Source: an uncultured delta proteobacterium
GTDB taxonomy: Bacteria; Desulfobacterota; BSN033; UBA1163
DNA length: 64,000 nucleotides
NCBI GenBank assembly: GCA_963827685.1
Contig: CAWHBU010000003.1
Span: 832,001 to 896,000 of the forward strand
Reading direction: 5' to 3'
Shown: positions 10,797 through 20,058 of the stretch, piece after piece
Numbering within the stretch: the first letter of the stretch is position 1
Layout: each line of letters begins with the position of its first letter
The notes under the pieces: generated by a model
Database searches by the model: none
What the model was told of the DNA's origin: nothing
What the model saw: only the letters and a program-made list of their open reading frames with translations
Made by a program: the position numbers and the translations under genes

Positions 10797-12092
10797 TTAA
10801 AAAGGAGCCCCATCAAATTTTGCAATGGGTTTCAAATCTTTGAACTGTGCGCAATAGTCCCGTGGATATTTGTAAGCCCTATAAATATAGTTTAAAGGCC
10901 CGGGTGGAGAGGTAGGTGGTTCCGGAGTCCACGGACTCAGCCACTCCCAGACGATCTCTTTTTTTTCGGTCACCTCGAACAATCTACCCGGCCATCCCTC
11001 AACGACGAAAGTATTCCCGTTGGGGAGCCTCTGGGCATTGCCGACATAATTGCTGAAGAAATGGCCCTGCTGAGTTACACGCTGGCCCCAGGCAACTGCT
11101 TCATATTTCCAAACGATTTCCTTCTTCACAGGATTTACTTCAATCACCCTCGAATAGCCTCTGACTTTTCTCGGATAGCCCGCTTCGCCGCCATTATCGA
11201 AGATGAGGATATTTCCTTCTCCCTGTAATCCTCTTCGGATCATGTGGGCATCATGCTGTCCGATGATTTGATCAATATTTCCATCCGGATAGTCTGGACC
11301 CAGTCTCCAGACAATTTTTTTCGTATCTCTATCAATGATGCATACGACATTCAAATCCCTGAAGCTGGTCAAAAGGTTCCCGGGCTTAAACCTCTGATCA
11401 CCTCGATCGTACCATTGATTTGGCGGCAGCACAGACAAATCATTACAATGTGCCCAATCTGTGTCGAAGACTCCCGCTTGATTAAAGATGAGTTTCTTCT
11501 GTTCATCTGTAAATCCAAACTGGTCATAAAGATCAACTGCCTTCAGTTCCCAGACCACTTTACCATGTCCGGTCACTTCATAGAAAGTATCGTCCATGAG
11601 TTCCTTGTCAGATATGTTTGGACGCTTCACTTTATCCATCGCCAAAACAAGCGTGTTTCCGTTTTCCAATCTGGCGAAATCATGGTGAAAGGGAGAGGTG
11701 ACAGGTTGTCTACCCGGAATCTCACCTTTCCATTGCCAGACTTCTTTGCCATTCCAATCGAGTTCCGTAAGATCCCCATAGTAATAGACCCGAAGCCCCG
11801 GGGCAGACTCGTTTTCGTACACGAAGATATTTCCATTTGGAAGCAATCTGGCCGGCTTTCCACTGTATTTCCATTCCTTTAAGATATACCCGGTCAAATT
11901 ATCGATGAGGATCGTACCCCTACCAGGAGCATCGGGCGATAACAGGATATAACCGGGTTCGACTCTATCAATCTTACATAGGGTCACTCCTCTTGGGTAG
12001 ACGGTGGGCCACGTGAAACCCAACCGTGCCAAGGTAACTGAAATGGCCGCCAATAAAACTCCTATTAGTAAAATTCTCTTTTTGTCCTTCAT
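10797..12092 (-). CDS. Arylsulfotransferase (ASST)-family beta-propeller, exported
   Basis: HHDFARLENGN, DWAHCN, GQHDAH, IFDNG and AQRLPNGNT; ATG 12092 follows AAAGGAGG. Confidence 0.85.
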   Translation of the reverse strand: MKDKKRILLIGVLLAAISVTLARLGFTWPTVYPRGVTLCKIDRVEPGYILLSPDAPGRGTILIDNLTGYILKEWKYSGKPARLLPNGNIFVYENESAPGLRVYYYGDLTELDWNGKEVWQWKGEIPGRQPVTSPFHHDFARLENGNTLVLAMDKVKRPNISDKELMDDTFYEVTGHGKVVWELKAVDLYDQFGFTDEQKKLIFNQAGVFDTDWAHCNDLSVLPPNQWYDRGDQRFKPGNLLTSFRDLNVVCIIDRDTKKIVWRLGPDYPDGNIDQIIGQHDAHMIRRGLQGEGNILIFDNGGEAGYPRKVRGYSRVIEVNPVKKEIVWKYEAVAWGQRVTQQGHFFSNYVGNAQRLPNGNTFVVEGWPGRLFEVTEKKEIVWEWLSPWTPEPPTSPPGPLNYIYRAYKYPRDYCAQFKDLKPIAKFDGAPF

Positions 12093-12470
12093 ATAGTATC
12101 CTCCTTTCCGTTCATGATTTTCGCGTTTCAACTTTTAATAATGATCTCTTACCACTGGCAAAAATATATTGTCTGTTCACTGAAAGCCTCTTGTAATTCC
12201 TCTTTATATAGACTAACATGTTTTGGTCACCGAGTAAGGAGACCCGATAGCCAAAAATACCGTACTTCCAACCCCAAAATACGAAATTCACCTTACTTTG
12301 TTCATGCACCATCTTGATAGAATAAAAAATAATAATCGAAGCTAAGCGTTCCGCCTTAAGAGCGAGTCCGGACTGTTACAGAACATCTCCGTAAGAGAGA
12401 AAGGAGATGAAGAGGCAGGAGTGAGACTCTATGTTTGTGGGCAGACCTTGGCTGATGACGGACTAACCAT

Positions 12471-12923
12471 CTAATCCAATTCTTTCAACATAGCGATTTC
12501 ATCGCAATCCGGGAATTTCACACATTTCAGGCAATCGGTCCAGATCTTATGAGGGAGCACTGCCTTATCCACTCTCTCAAAACCCACCTTCTCAAAAAAT
12601 TCGGGTTCATAGGTGAGGGCAAAAACTCTCTTCACTCCCAAAAGTCTTGACTCTTTCAAACAGGCCTTCACCAGTCTTAGACCAATCCCTTTGTTCTGAT
12701 CCTCCTCTTCTACCGCTAAGGATCGAATTTCTGCCAGATCATCCCAGCAAATGTGGAGGGCATAGATGCCTATGACCCTGCGATTCCGTACGAAGACGGA
12801 AAAATCCCGGAGATGGTCATACAGTTCGCTAAGAGACCGGGGGAGAACCCCTCCTCGAGGAGCATAAAGTTTGATCAACCGCTGAATCTCTTTGATGTCA
12901 TTGAGTTTAGCCTTTCGAATCAT
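12471..12923 (-). CDS. argA: Short N-acetylglutamate synthase / GNAT acetyltransferase
   Basis: LAEIRSLAV, VFALTY and LPHKIWTDCLKC...CDE. Confidence 0.8.
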   Translation of the reverse strand: MIRKAKLNDIKEIQRLIKLYAPRGGVLPRSLSELYDHLRDFSVFVRNRRVIGIYALHICWDDLAEIRSLAVEEEDQNKGIGLRLVKACLKESRLLGVKRVFALTYEPEFFEKVGFERVDKAVLPHKIWTDCLKCVKFPDCDEIAMLKELD

Positions 12924-12934
12924 CTTTTTTTCTC

Positions 12935-13030
12935 CGTGTCGGTGATTCGTGATTGGTGATTCGTCAACGAAGCATTTAAAATTCTTTTCATCCTTTTCTA
13001 CGAGTCACGAATCACGAGACACGTTTCACG
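12935..13030. repeat. Empty heptamer hairpin element between recN and argA
   Basis: Arms cgtgtcggtgattcgtgattggtgattcgt and acgagtcacgaatcacgagacacgtttcacg; the recN TGA lies in the outermost unit. Confidence 0.88.
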
Positions 13031-14705
13031 ATTTCCCGGCATTTTCAATCATCTCCTTGGCATGGGCTTTGGTTTTCTCGGTCACCTTCACTCCTCCCAA
13101 CATCCTGGCAATTTCATCCACGATCGACTCTTTATCCAATCGATCCACTAAAGTAATCGTCCGTCCTGCTTTCACCTCTTTCTTCACACTGTGGTGTTGG
13201 TCGGCAAAACAGGCAATCTGCGGAAGGTGAGTCACACAGATGACCTGATGATGCCGTGAAAGTTCTCTCAATTTCTTTCCGACCACCTCTGCCATCGCCC
13301 CTCCGATTCCAGCATCCACTTCATCAAAGATAAGAACCTGCCTTCCGCCTACTTTGGCCAGGATTCTTTTCATGGCCAACATAATTCGTGAGAGTTCACC
13401 TCCGGATGCAATCTTCGCCAGGGGTTTTACCTCCTCGCCGACATTGGGAGAAATGAGAAACTCTACCCGGTCCACACCTTTTAGAGAAAGAGGTAAAGGA
13501 TCAATATGGATTTCAAAAATGGTTTTTTTCATGCCCAAGGAATTCAATTCCCTTTCTACGGATTTTTTTAATTCTAATGCCACTTTCTTTCTCTCCTCCG
13601 AAAGTTTCTTTCCCAAATTATTCACTATTTGTCGCAGGGGATCCAAACGGCCTTCTAATTGAGAAAGTCTCTCTTCATCGGAGGTGAAGGATTTCAATGA
13701 CTCGTCAATCCTGTGTTTAAAGGAAAGGACCTCTTCAATCGTTGAACCATATTTTCTCTTCAGACGGTCAATCTCTTCTAACCTATTCTCAATCTCATCC
13801 AGCCTCACCGGGTTGATTTCCACCCTTCTTGAATAATCCCTCAGAGCAAGGGCGATGTCCTCCAATTGGATGAGGGTGGATTCAAGCGCCTTCAAGAGAT
13901 GTGAAAGAGAAGGATCAATGGCGGCCATCTCTCGCCCTTGATTGAGGATCCTCTGAATCTTTCCAATCGTCGAACCCTCCTCTGAGTAGAGCGTTTCTTC
14001 GGAGAGATGGGCAAAATCCATCAATTTCTTTGCGTGAGTGAGGATAGTGCGATCTTCCTTCAAAGACTCTTCTTCTCCGATTTGAATTCTGGAAGCCTCA
14101 ATCTCTTTCGACTGGAAGGCCATCAGTTCCCGCTCCTTGGCTCTTCTCTCCTTTTCTGTTCGAATCCTTTCGACCTCTTCAGACAAGGAGACAAATTCTT
14201 GGTATTGTTTCTGGAATTCCTCGCGAAGCCCAAGCAGTCCCCCGAATTCATCTAAAATATCAATGTGGGTCTCTACCCGCTGAAGAGATTGATGCTCATG
14301 TTGTCCATAGATGGTGAGAAGCCCTTCTCCAATCTCCGAAAGCACTCCAAGCGTGGCTAAATTTCCATTGACAAAAACCTTTCCTCTACCGGATCGGGAG
14401 ATCACGCGCCGAATGATGAGGGAATCCTCTTCTCCGGCACCCTGTAAATGCGGAGCCCTTTCTTTCATCCTTTCCTTGACCTCCTGGTTGCCCGAGATGT
14501 CGAAGAAAGCCTCCACGTTTGCTTCTTCTTCCGAACTTCGAATCCATTCCTCAGTCGTTTTATCCCCTAAGAGGAGGTGGACAGCATTGAGGATAATGGA
14601 TTTCCCTGCTCCCGTCTCGCCGGTGAGGATATTAAAGCCTTTTGAAAAGGATAGATTTAACTCATCGATAATGGCAAAATTCTTGATGCGAAGTTCGAGT
14701 AACAT
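13026..14705 (-). CDS. recN: DNA repair protein RecN
   Basis: TGETGAGKS, ASGGELSR, FDEVDAGIGG and VTHLPQ. Confidence 0.98.
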   Translation of the reverse strand: MLLELRIKNFAIIDELNLSFSKGFNILTGETGAGKSIILNAVHLLLGDKTTEEWIRSSEEEANVEAFFDISGNQEVKERMKERAPHLQGAGEEDSLIIRRVISRSGRGKVFVNGNLATLGVLSEIGEGLLTIYGQHEHQSLQRVETHIDILDEFGGLLGLREEFQKQYQEFVSLSEEVERIRTEKERRAKERELMAFQSKEIEASRIQIGEEESLKEDRTILTHAKKLMDFAHLSEETLYSEEGSTIGKIQRILNQGREMAAIDPSLSHLLKALESTLIQLEDIALALRDYSRRVEINPVRLDEIENRLEEIDRLKRKYGSTIEEVLSFKHRIDESLKSFTSDEERLSQLEGRLDPLRQIVNNLGKKLSEERKKVALELKKSVERELNSLGMKKTIFEIHIDPLPLSLKGVDRVEFLISPNVGEEVKPLAKIASGGELSRIMLAMKRILAKVGGRQVLIFDEVDAGIGGAMAEVVGKKLRELSRHHQVICVTHLPQIACFADQHHSVKKEVKAGRTITLVDRLDKESIVDEIARMLGGVKVTEKTKAHAKEMIENAGKS

Positions 14706-14717
14706 AACCCTAAATGA

Positions 14718-14825
14718 TGAGTTAAGAATTAAGAGTTATGAGTTATGAATTGCTGAATTATGAATAATAAAACTCTAAATTTTTAACTCTGAATTCTAAA
14801 CTCTAAACTCTTAACTCTAAACTCA
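14718..14825. repeat. GAGTTWA / TWAACTC heptamer inverted arms downstream of the four-helix gene
   Basis: gagttaagaattaagagttatgagttatgaatt ... aactctaaatttttaactctgaattctaaactctaaactcttaactctaaactc. Confidence 0.85.
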
Positions 14826-14829
14826 TTTT

Positions 14830-15186
14830 TCATTGTCCCTTAGATGTCTTGACGATTGAAGTCAATATTTTTCTCAATTCCTCTGACTCTTTCAAAAGGT
14901 AATCTAATTCGTTACTTGTTGTTAACTCAGAAACTTTTATCAATCTCAACCAGTAATTCGATTCTCTTGCCTCTTTTAATGCAACTCCCATTTTATATGT
15001 GAAGTCCTTTTTACTAAACCCTCCCGTTGCTTCCTCAACATTAGCTCCTACGGAAGTACCAGCTTCCAATAATTGACCTCCGATTTTATAACCAGCATGA
15101 TTTCTTGGTAAGTTTTGAATAAATTTAATAGTTCTTACTGCAAACTCGAAACTCCTTCCTTTGATATCTCTTTTATTCTTTTCCAT
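14830..15186 (-). CDS. Four-helix-bundle protein (23S rRNA IVS/Avd-like), subfamily A
   Basis: RSFEFAVR..QLLEAGTSVGANVEEA...KKDF..K..VALKEARES.YWL; visibly AT-rich; interrupts nadK-recN. Confidence 0.9.
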   Translation of the reverse strand: MEKNKRDIKGRSFEFAVRTIKFIQNLPRNHAGYKIGGQLLEAGTSVGANVEEATGGFSKKDFTYKMGVALKEARESNYWLRLIKVSELTTSNELDYLLKESEELRKILTSIVKTSKGQ

Positions 15187-15196
15187 TTTTTATCTC

Positions 15197-15229
15197 AATT
15201 CTAAACTCTAAACTCTTAACTCTTAATTC
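15197..15229. repeat. AACTCTW heptamer arm upstream of the four-helix gene
   Basis: aattcta aactcta aactctt aactctt aattc, directly after the nadK stop in mRNA sense. Confidence 0.85.
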
Positions 15230-15230
15230 G

Positions 15231-16106
15231 TTATCTTTCCCCCCATTTCAGCTTTTCTCTCAGCAATTCAAAATAGTGCCGGTAGGGCGATTTGATCAGA
15301 AGGATACGCCCCTCCGCCTTTCCCACCTCCACCACGTCCTCAAATTCCAGAGTGAATCCCTGTTGGCCATCCAAGGTAAGGGTCACTTCCTCGTTTCTCG
15401 ATTTGAGCAATGCCCGAATCTTCACATCATCGGGGATGATAATAGGACGGATGGTTAACGTATGAGGACAAATGGGAGTGATGATGATCGTATGGAGCGA
15501 TGGGTAAACAATCGGTCCCCCAGCGGAAAGATTGTAGGCGGTTGAACCCGTAGGCGTCGATATAATCAACCCGTCGGATCTAAAAGTCGATAGATATTCA
15601 CCGTTGACGGTGGTCTCGAGATCAATAATCCGCGCTAAAGCTCCTTTGTTGATGACTGCGTCGTTGAGCACGATGAACTCGGCAATCCCTTTCCCTCTTC
15701 GAATCACACCTGCTTTCAAGATTTCTCTCTCATTGATTTCAAAGTCATCCCGAAGGACTCTCTCTAAAACGGAGTACAATTCATCTAAGGTAATTTCTGT
15801 CAAGAAACCGAGTCCACCCAAGTTGACGCCAAGGATAGGTATATTCCTATTCCATACTTGGCGGGCAACACTGAGAAGCGTTCCATCTCCTCCAAGGACG
15901 ATAATCATCTCCACATCGGGTGGCATTTCCTCCCTCTCGACGGACTTCCAATAACCCTCTGGGGGGGTTGGGCTAAGGAGCTCCTCCATCTCTTTCTCAA
16001 TATAGACTTCGATCTTCTTCGGCCGCAGCCATTCCACTAAATTGCTGACGATGGTGGCAGCCTCTGGTTTATTCTTCTTAGCAATGATGCCGATTCGATT
16101 CATCAT
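15231..16106 (-). CDS. nadK: NAD(+) kinase
   Basis: GGDGT, LNDAV, DGLIISTPTGSTAY and LDGQ. Confidence 0.97.
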   Translation of the reverse strand: MMNRIGIIAKKNKPEAATIVSNLVEWLRPKKIEVYIEKEMEELLSPTPPEGYWKSVEREEMPPDVEMIIVLGGDGTLLSVARQVWNRNIPILGVNLGGLGFLTEITLDELYSVLERVLRDDFEINEREILKAGVIRRGKGIAEFIVLNDAVINKGALARIIDLETTVNGEYLSTFRSDGLIISTPTGSTAYNLSAGGPIVYPSLHTIIITPICPHTLTIRPIIIPDDVKIRALLKSRNEEVTLTLDGQQGFTLEFEDVVEVGKAEGRILLIKSPYRHYFELLREKLKWGER

Positions 16107-16119
16107 TCACCCCACTAAA

Positions 16120-16193
16120 CCCGTGTCTCGTGCCCGCCGTCCGTGTCCGGGAAAAAATAATTTAAACGGGCACGGTTCACGGTCACGGACACG
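16120..16193. repeat. Empty CCGTGT/ACACGG 6-7-mer hairpin element
   Basis: ccgtgtctcgtgcccgccgtccgtgtcc ... acgggcacggttcacggtcacggacacg. Confidence 0.78.
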
Positions 16194-16196
16194 TTT

Positions 16197-17228
16197 TTAT
16201 CTCAGATGATACTTCTCTCGTATTTTTTTCGACAACTCCCTTAAAACCTCAAACGCCTTCTCTACGGTCTTCTCTTTGTCCGGATTTAGCAGATTGCAGG
16301 TGGCTGGCGCTAAAAGAGATTGGCGAAGTAGTCTTTTGCGATCTACTCCTTTTCGGGAGAGGTCCTCCCAAAAAGTCTCCAGCTTCTCCAGCAGAGAACC
16401 AATCGTCTCCTGCTCCAAAATTTCCGTGTAAGTTGGAACGATTCCCCAAGAGACGATGCCTCCTCTCTCCACAAAATCTTTTAAGGATAGGTAGTTGATG
16501 ATCACCACTCCACAATTGAAGGAATCGAAGGAAAGGATTTCCATTTTCGATTTGAGGAGAAAGTCCCAATCCGGTTTGGCACAAAGATGAACCCCTTTCG
16601 GCCCTTCTAACCCTTCCAAAAACCGATCCAAATCGTCCTTCGCCTGGAACTCGTTATACCCGGATAACGCACTGAAGATGAGTACCAATCCCGGATCATC
16701 CACCCATACAAAGGCATTGCGATTCTTCTCCCTCAATTCCAGGAATTGTTGATTCACTTTCTTTTGAATAAAATCGAATAGGACTTCTCTGACCTCATCG
16801 TGGTAGATAATCGATTTCCGGTTCTCGTCCACGATCTTCAATCCCAAACTGATTGGGCTGATCATCTGACCCCGGATGGCAGAATATCGCGAAAGGTCTC
16901 TTTCTAAGAACCGATGGTACACAAGGGAAAACTCCTTTGTCAACCGAAAGGTCTGAGGATCATCTGCCTTTTTGAAATAGGAAGGAAGTTCTTCGTAAAA
17001 AAGGGAAAGGTCGAAATTGATTTTTTGATGAACAGGATCGATCCTCACACCAGGAAAATTTTCCAAAGCCTGGACATACATGTCCTCAAAGTAACTGACT
17101 TGGGGAAGTTGGGGCCAAAATGGAATATCCAGAGACAGGGCGACCTCGAGAGCTCTTTCAATATCTTGATGGGGCATAATGCCCATGGCCGTTGTCTGAC
17201 AATTGGGTGAGAAACCTAAACTGGCCAT
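16197..17228 (-). CDS. Core (MetE C-terminal-like) methionine synthase family protein
   Basis: IPFWPQLP, EDMYVQ, GVHLC (HxC Zn motif), WGIVPT and APATC. Confidence 0.7.
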   Translation of the reverse strand: MASLGFSPNCQTTAMGIMPHQDIERALEVALSLDIPFWPQLPQVSYFEDMYVQALENFPGVRIDPVHQKINFDLSLFYEELPSYFKKADDPQTFRLTKEFSLVYHRFLERDLSRYSAIRGQMISPISLGLKIVDENRKSIIYHDEVREVLFDFIQKKVNQQFLELREKNRNAFVWVDDPGLVLIFSALSGYNEFQAKDDLDRFLEGLEGPKGVHLCAKPDWDFLLKSKMEILSFDSFNCGVVIINYLSLKDFVERGGIVSWGIVPTYTEILEQETIGSLLEKLETFWEDLSRKGVDRKRLLRQSLLAPATCNLLNPDKEKTVEKAFEVLRELSKKIREKYHLR

Positions 17229-17944
17229 TAAGGGAGCCCTTCCAATAGGCGGACAAGCCTATGAATCTCTCCCCGGTTCGGAAGATAAGGATCTAACATT
17301 AAAGCCGCTTTTAAATGGTAGATAGCCTTCTGTCTGTTCTGGAATTCATACCAGTAGATTTTCCCTAAATTCAAATGGATAAGAGGATCGTAAGGATTGA
17401 TTCGAATTTCCCACTCAAATTCCGTAACCGCTTTATCAAACTTCTTTTGCGCAGCACAGACGATGGCCAAGAAACCGTGGACCTGCGGGATATAAGGATA
17501 TATCTTGAGAAATCTTTGAAAAGCCTCTTCAGACTCTTCGTAGCGACCGTTTTGAAAGTAGATCATCCCGAGAGAGTAATAGGCCATATACAGCGTGGGA
17601 TCGACTTCTACCGACTTCTTTTCCATCGCAATCGCCTTATCGATATCTCCCATTTGTCTGTAGGTGAGGCCAAGGTTATAATACGCCTCGCCAAATTTCG
17701 GATCGATTTCTATGGCCTTTTGGTATGTTTCAAGCGACTTGTCGTATATTCCTGCGGTAAAATAGGCAATGCCAAGGTTGACATACGGTCGAGCCTTGTT
17801 GGGGGATTTCTTCACACAATCTGCAAAGAGGGCTATCGGATCCTTCCAAAGCGCATTCCTTGAATAGGTCCCAATGGAGAGAAGAAGAATGACGATGACA
17901 AATATTGCGGTCTCAACGGGATGGAATCTGGTCTTCTCCGTCAA
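17228..17944 (-). CDS. Single-TM TPR protein (C-terminal module of a TMTC-like protein)
   Basis: TM helix, then TYSRNALWKDPIALF...KSPNKARPYVNLG, then TPR repeats. Confidence 0.85.
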   Translation of the reverse strand: MTEKTRFHPVETAIFVIVILLLSIGTYSRNALWKDPIALFADCVKKSPNKARPYVNLGIAYFTAGIYDKSLETYQKAIEIDPKFGEAYYNLGLTYRQMGDIDKAIAMEKKSVEVDPTLYMAYYSLGMIYFQNGRYEESEEAFQRFLKIYPYIPQVHGFLAIVCAAQKKFDKAVTEFEWEIRINPYDPLIHLNLGKIYWYEFQNRQKAIYHLKAALMLDPYLPNRGEIHRLVRLLEGLP

Positions 17945-18672
17945 TTCCCTTGCCCCCTTTTTCGTTCTTGCGCTGCCTCGATGGATACGATTGCCTTCCG
18001 GACCCGTTCGGCATCGGACACGCCGGGATAAGTAAGTGCTTTCCTACAATAGAAAAGGGCATTAGGGTAATCTCCCGATTCATAGTAAATCAACCCTAAT
18101 TCAGCGTGGCCATAACCACTGTCAGGATGGTGTTTCAATTCCTCTTCAAAGCATCGAATCGCCTTCGCCCGTTGTCCTAATCCTTTATAGGCAAGCCCCA
18201 GATTGATGTTGGCATTTTCGTAATCGGGTTTGGCTTCTAAACATTTTTTATAGGCCTCAATCGCATCCCTGTACAGCCCCTTTTGATAATAGGCAATACC
18301 GAGGTTGTAAAAGGAATCCGGAAAACTTGAATCCAATTCGATAGCCTTTTTATAATGGCTAATAGCCTCATCCATAAGCCCTTTTTCGTAATAAACCAGG
18401 CCTAAGTTATACATCGACAGAGAATAGTAAGGATTCAAGCTCAGTGCCTCCTCATATTCTTCTTGGGCATCGTCCCATCTTCCCAGTTCGTGATAGGCAA
18501 AACCTAAATTGTGGTGAGTCCTCTCTTTCTTAGGGAACTTTTTAACACTGGCCTTCCACAACTCCACTTCACTCTTCCACAGAAAATTTCGCTGATAAGT
18601 ACCCATTGATAGCAAAAGTATGATTATGAATAAGATAGACCAGTCGGCTATCACCTTGCCAAACTTTTTCAT
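17941..18672 (-). CDS. Single-TM TPR protein, paralog of 17228-17944
   Basis: TYQRNFLWKSEVELW...KERTHHNLG plus TPRs; the ORF-track extension to 18741 is element-derived, so ATG 18672 is preferred. Confidence 0.85.
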   Translation of the reverse strand: MKKFGKVIADWSILFIIILLLSMGTYQRNFLWKSEVELWKASVKKFPKKERTHHNLGFAYHELGRWDDAQEEYEEALSLNPYYSLSMYNLGLVYYEKGLMDEAISHYKKAIELDSSFPDSFYNLGIAYYQKGLYRDAIEAYKKCLEAKPDYENANINLGLAYKGLGQRAKAIRCFEEELKHHPDSGYGHAELGLIYYESGDYPNALFYCRKALTYPGVSDAERVRKAIVSIEAAQERKRGQGN

Positions 18673-18687
18673 ATTCAAATTATGGGC

Positions 18688-18798
18688 TTGACCGGTATGT
18701 GCCCCGCAAGCCCCGCCGTTTAGGGTGGGGTCGAGGGGCACAATATAAACGGAAACTACCTCACCGGGAAGCCGCGCCCTTTAGGGCGTGGAGCTTCA
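18688..18798 (+). mobile_element. Non-autonomous IS200/IS605-type palindromic element (PATE-like)
   Basis: TTGAC at the left end, subterminal hairpins AAGCCCCGCCGTTTAGGGTGGGG and AAGCCGCGCCCTTTAGGGCGTGG, ending in GCTTCA. Confidence 0.7.
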
Positions 18799-20058
18799 TT
18801 TATCAACCTCCATGGCTGGTTTTAAGAAAGGCAGCTTGTATTTCCATTTCTCTATTCCCCTCACCACTAATAAACTAAAAAGAACAAACGGGCCCACGGC
18901 CGGGAGGTAAAGCCTATGTTCGTACACCATTTCCAAAGGAAAGATCGACAATTCAATCACCAGATTTCCAAAATACCACAAGATGCAGAACGAGAGCACG
19001 GGTCTCTTTTTGGCAGTCCAGATACTGTACCCGATAAGCGCGACAATGATCAGAATAGAAATCAGGGTCGTGGGAGGATCAAGAATCGTTTTGGAGATGG
19101 GGAAATCGTAATCCAGATTGAGACGGGACGGATGAGGAAATGCAAGGAGAGTCAAATAGTAAAGGACAACGCGAGATTGGGTGAGAACCCTCTCCAACAT
19201 GGTGAACGGCCGATCTTGATAACCTTCTATGGTAACGTCAATATACCTTTTCCCCCAGATGATAAACCCAAAGGCTCCCAGAACGAGGAGGATGCCAATA
19301 AGAGTAAAAAGGATCTTTTTGCCCCTTGGGCTCAGATCAAATTTTTGGAGAAAATAAAACTCATAGAGAGCAATGAATAACGGAAGAATGGCCACATTCT
19401 CTTTTGAAAAAACTCCCAATAGATAACTCAACACCGTTCCTCCAAAGTAAAAAACCCGAGGCCGCCCCGTGGATAGTCTTCCCTTGATATAGAGAACCAG
19501 AGAGAGGAGATAAAACATCCCGGCCATGCTGGCCATTCGTTGAACAATGTAAGTGACCGATTGGGATTGAATGGGATGGGAGACAAAGATCAAGCTTGAA
19601 AAAAGAGCCACTTTATACGAAATGGGTCCGTATTTTTCTTTTAATGATGGTAGATTGAACGTCAGCAGAAGGAACCAATACAAGAAGATTCCCGAGGCGA
19701 TGTGGATGAAGAAATTCACCAGATGGTAACCAAATACATTGAATCCTCCAAAATAGTAATTCAGTGCAAAAGTAAAATACGAAAAAACTCGAATGGACAC
19801 CACGTAAGTATTTTTGATCAGCCGTTCCAGCCGGTCCCACGTGAGGGCGGTGATCTGGATGTTGGGGTTTTCGACGATATTGGGCCGATCGTCAAAATGA
19901 AATGGGACGTAGAAGGTATTCGAATAGGCCACCAAGGCCACTCCCGCAATCAGTCCCATGGCAATCAGGTGGCGAAAAGAGAATCGCCGTTTCTGCTCTG
20001 TTTTTGGGGGGATCTTCTTTTCGTGGTCCGGTTTTTTATGTTTCTTACGCTTCGCCAT
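18796..20058 (-). CDS. Multi-TM GT-C/TMTC-like membrane protein lacking its TPR tail
   Basis: FHFDD loop, GYHLVN, HPIQSQSVTYIVQR, SKEN, LNLDYD and YEHRLYLP. Confidence 0.82.
   Translation of the reverse strand: MAKRKKHKKPDHEKKIPPKTEQKRRFSFRHLIAMGLIAGVALVAYSNTFYVPFHFDDRPNIVENPNIQITALTWDRLERLIKNTYVVSIRVFSYFTFALNYYFGGFNVFGYHLVNFFIHIASGIFLYWFLLLTFNLPSLKEKYGPISYKVALFSSLIFVSHPIQSQSVTYIVQRMASMAGMFYLLSLVLYIKGRLSTGRPRVFYFGGTVLSYLLGVFSKENVAILPLFIALYEFYFLQKFDLSPRGKKILFTLIGILLVLGAFGFIIWGKRYIDVTIEGYQDRPFTMLERVLTQSRVVLYYLTLLAFPHPSRLNLDYDFPISKTILDPPTTLISILIIVALIGYSIWTAKKRPVLSFCILWYFGNLVIELSIFPLEMVYEHRLYLPAVGPFVLFSLLVVRGIEKWKYKLPFLKPAMEVDK

Noticed and set aside
12320-12470. Possible riboswitch or sRNA between argA and the ASST gene
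   Set aside because: Only short complementary segments are present and no known aptamer consensus was recognised; an Rfam search is needed.
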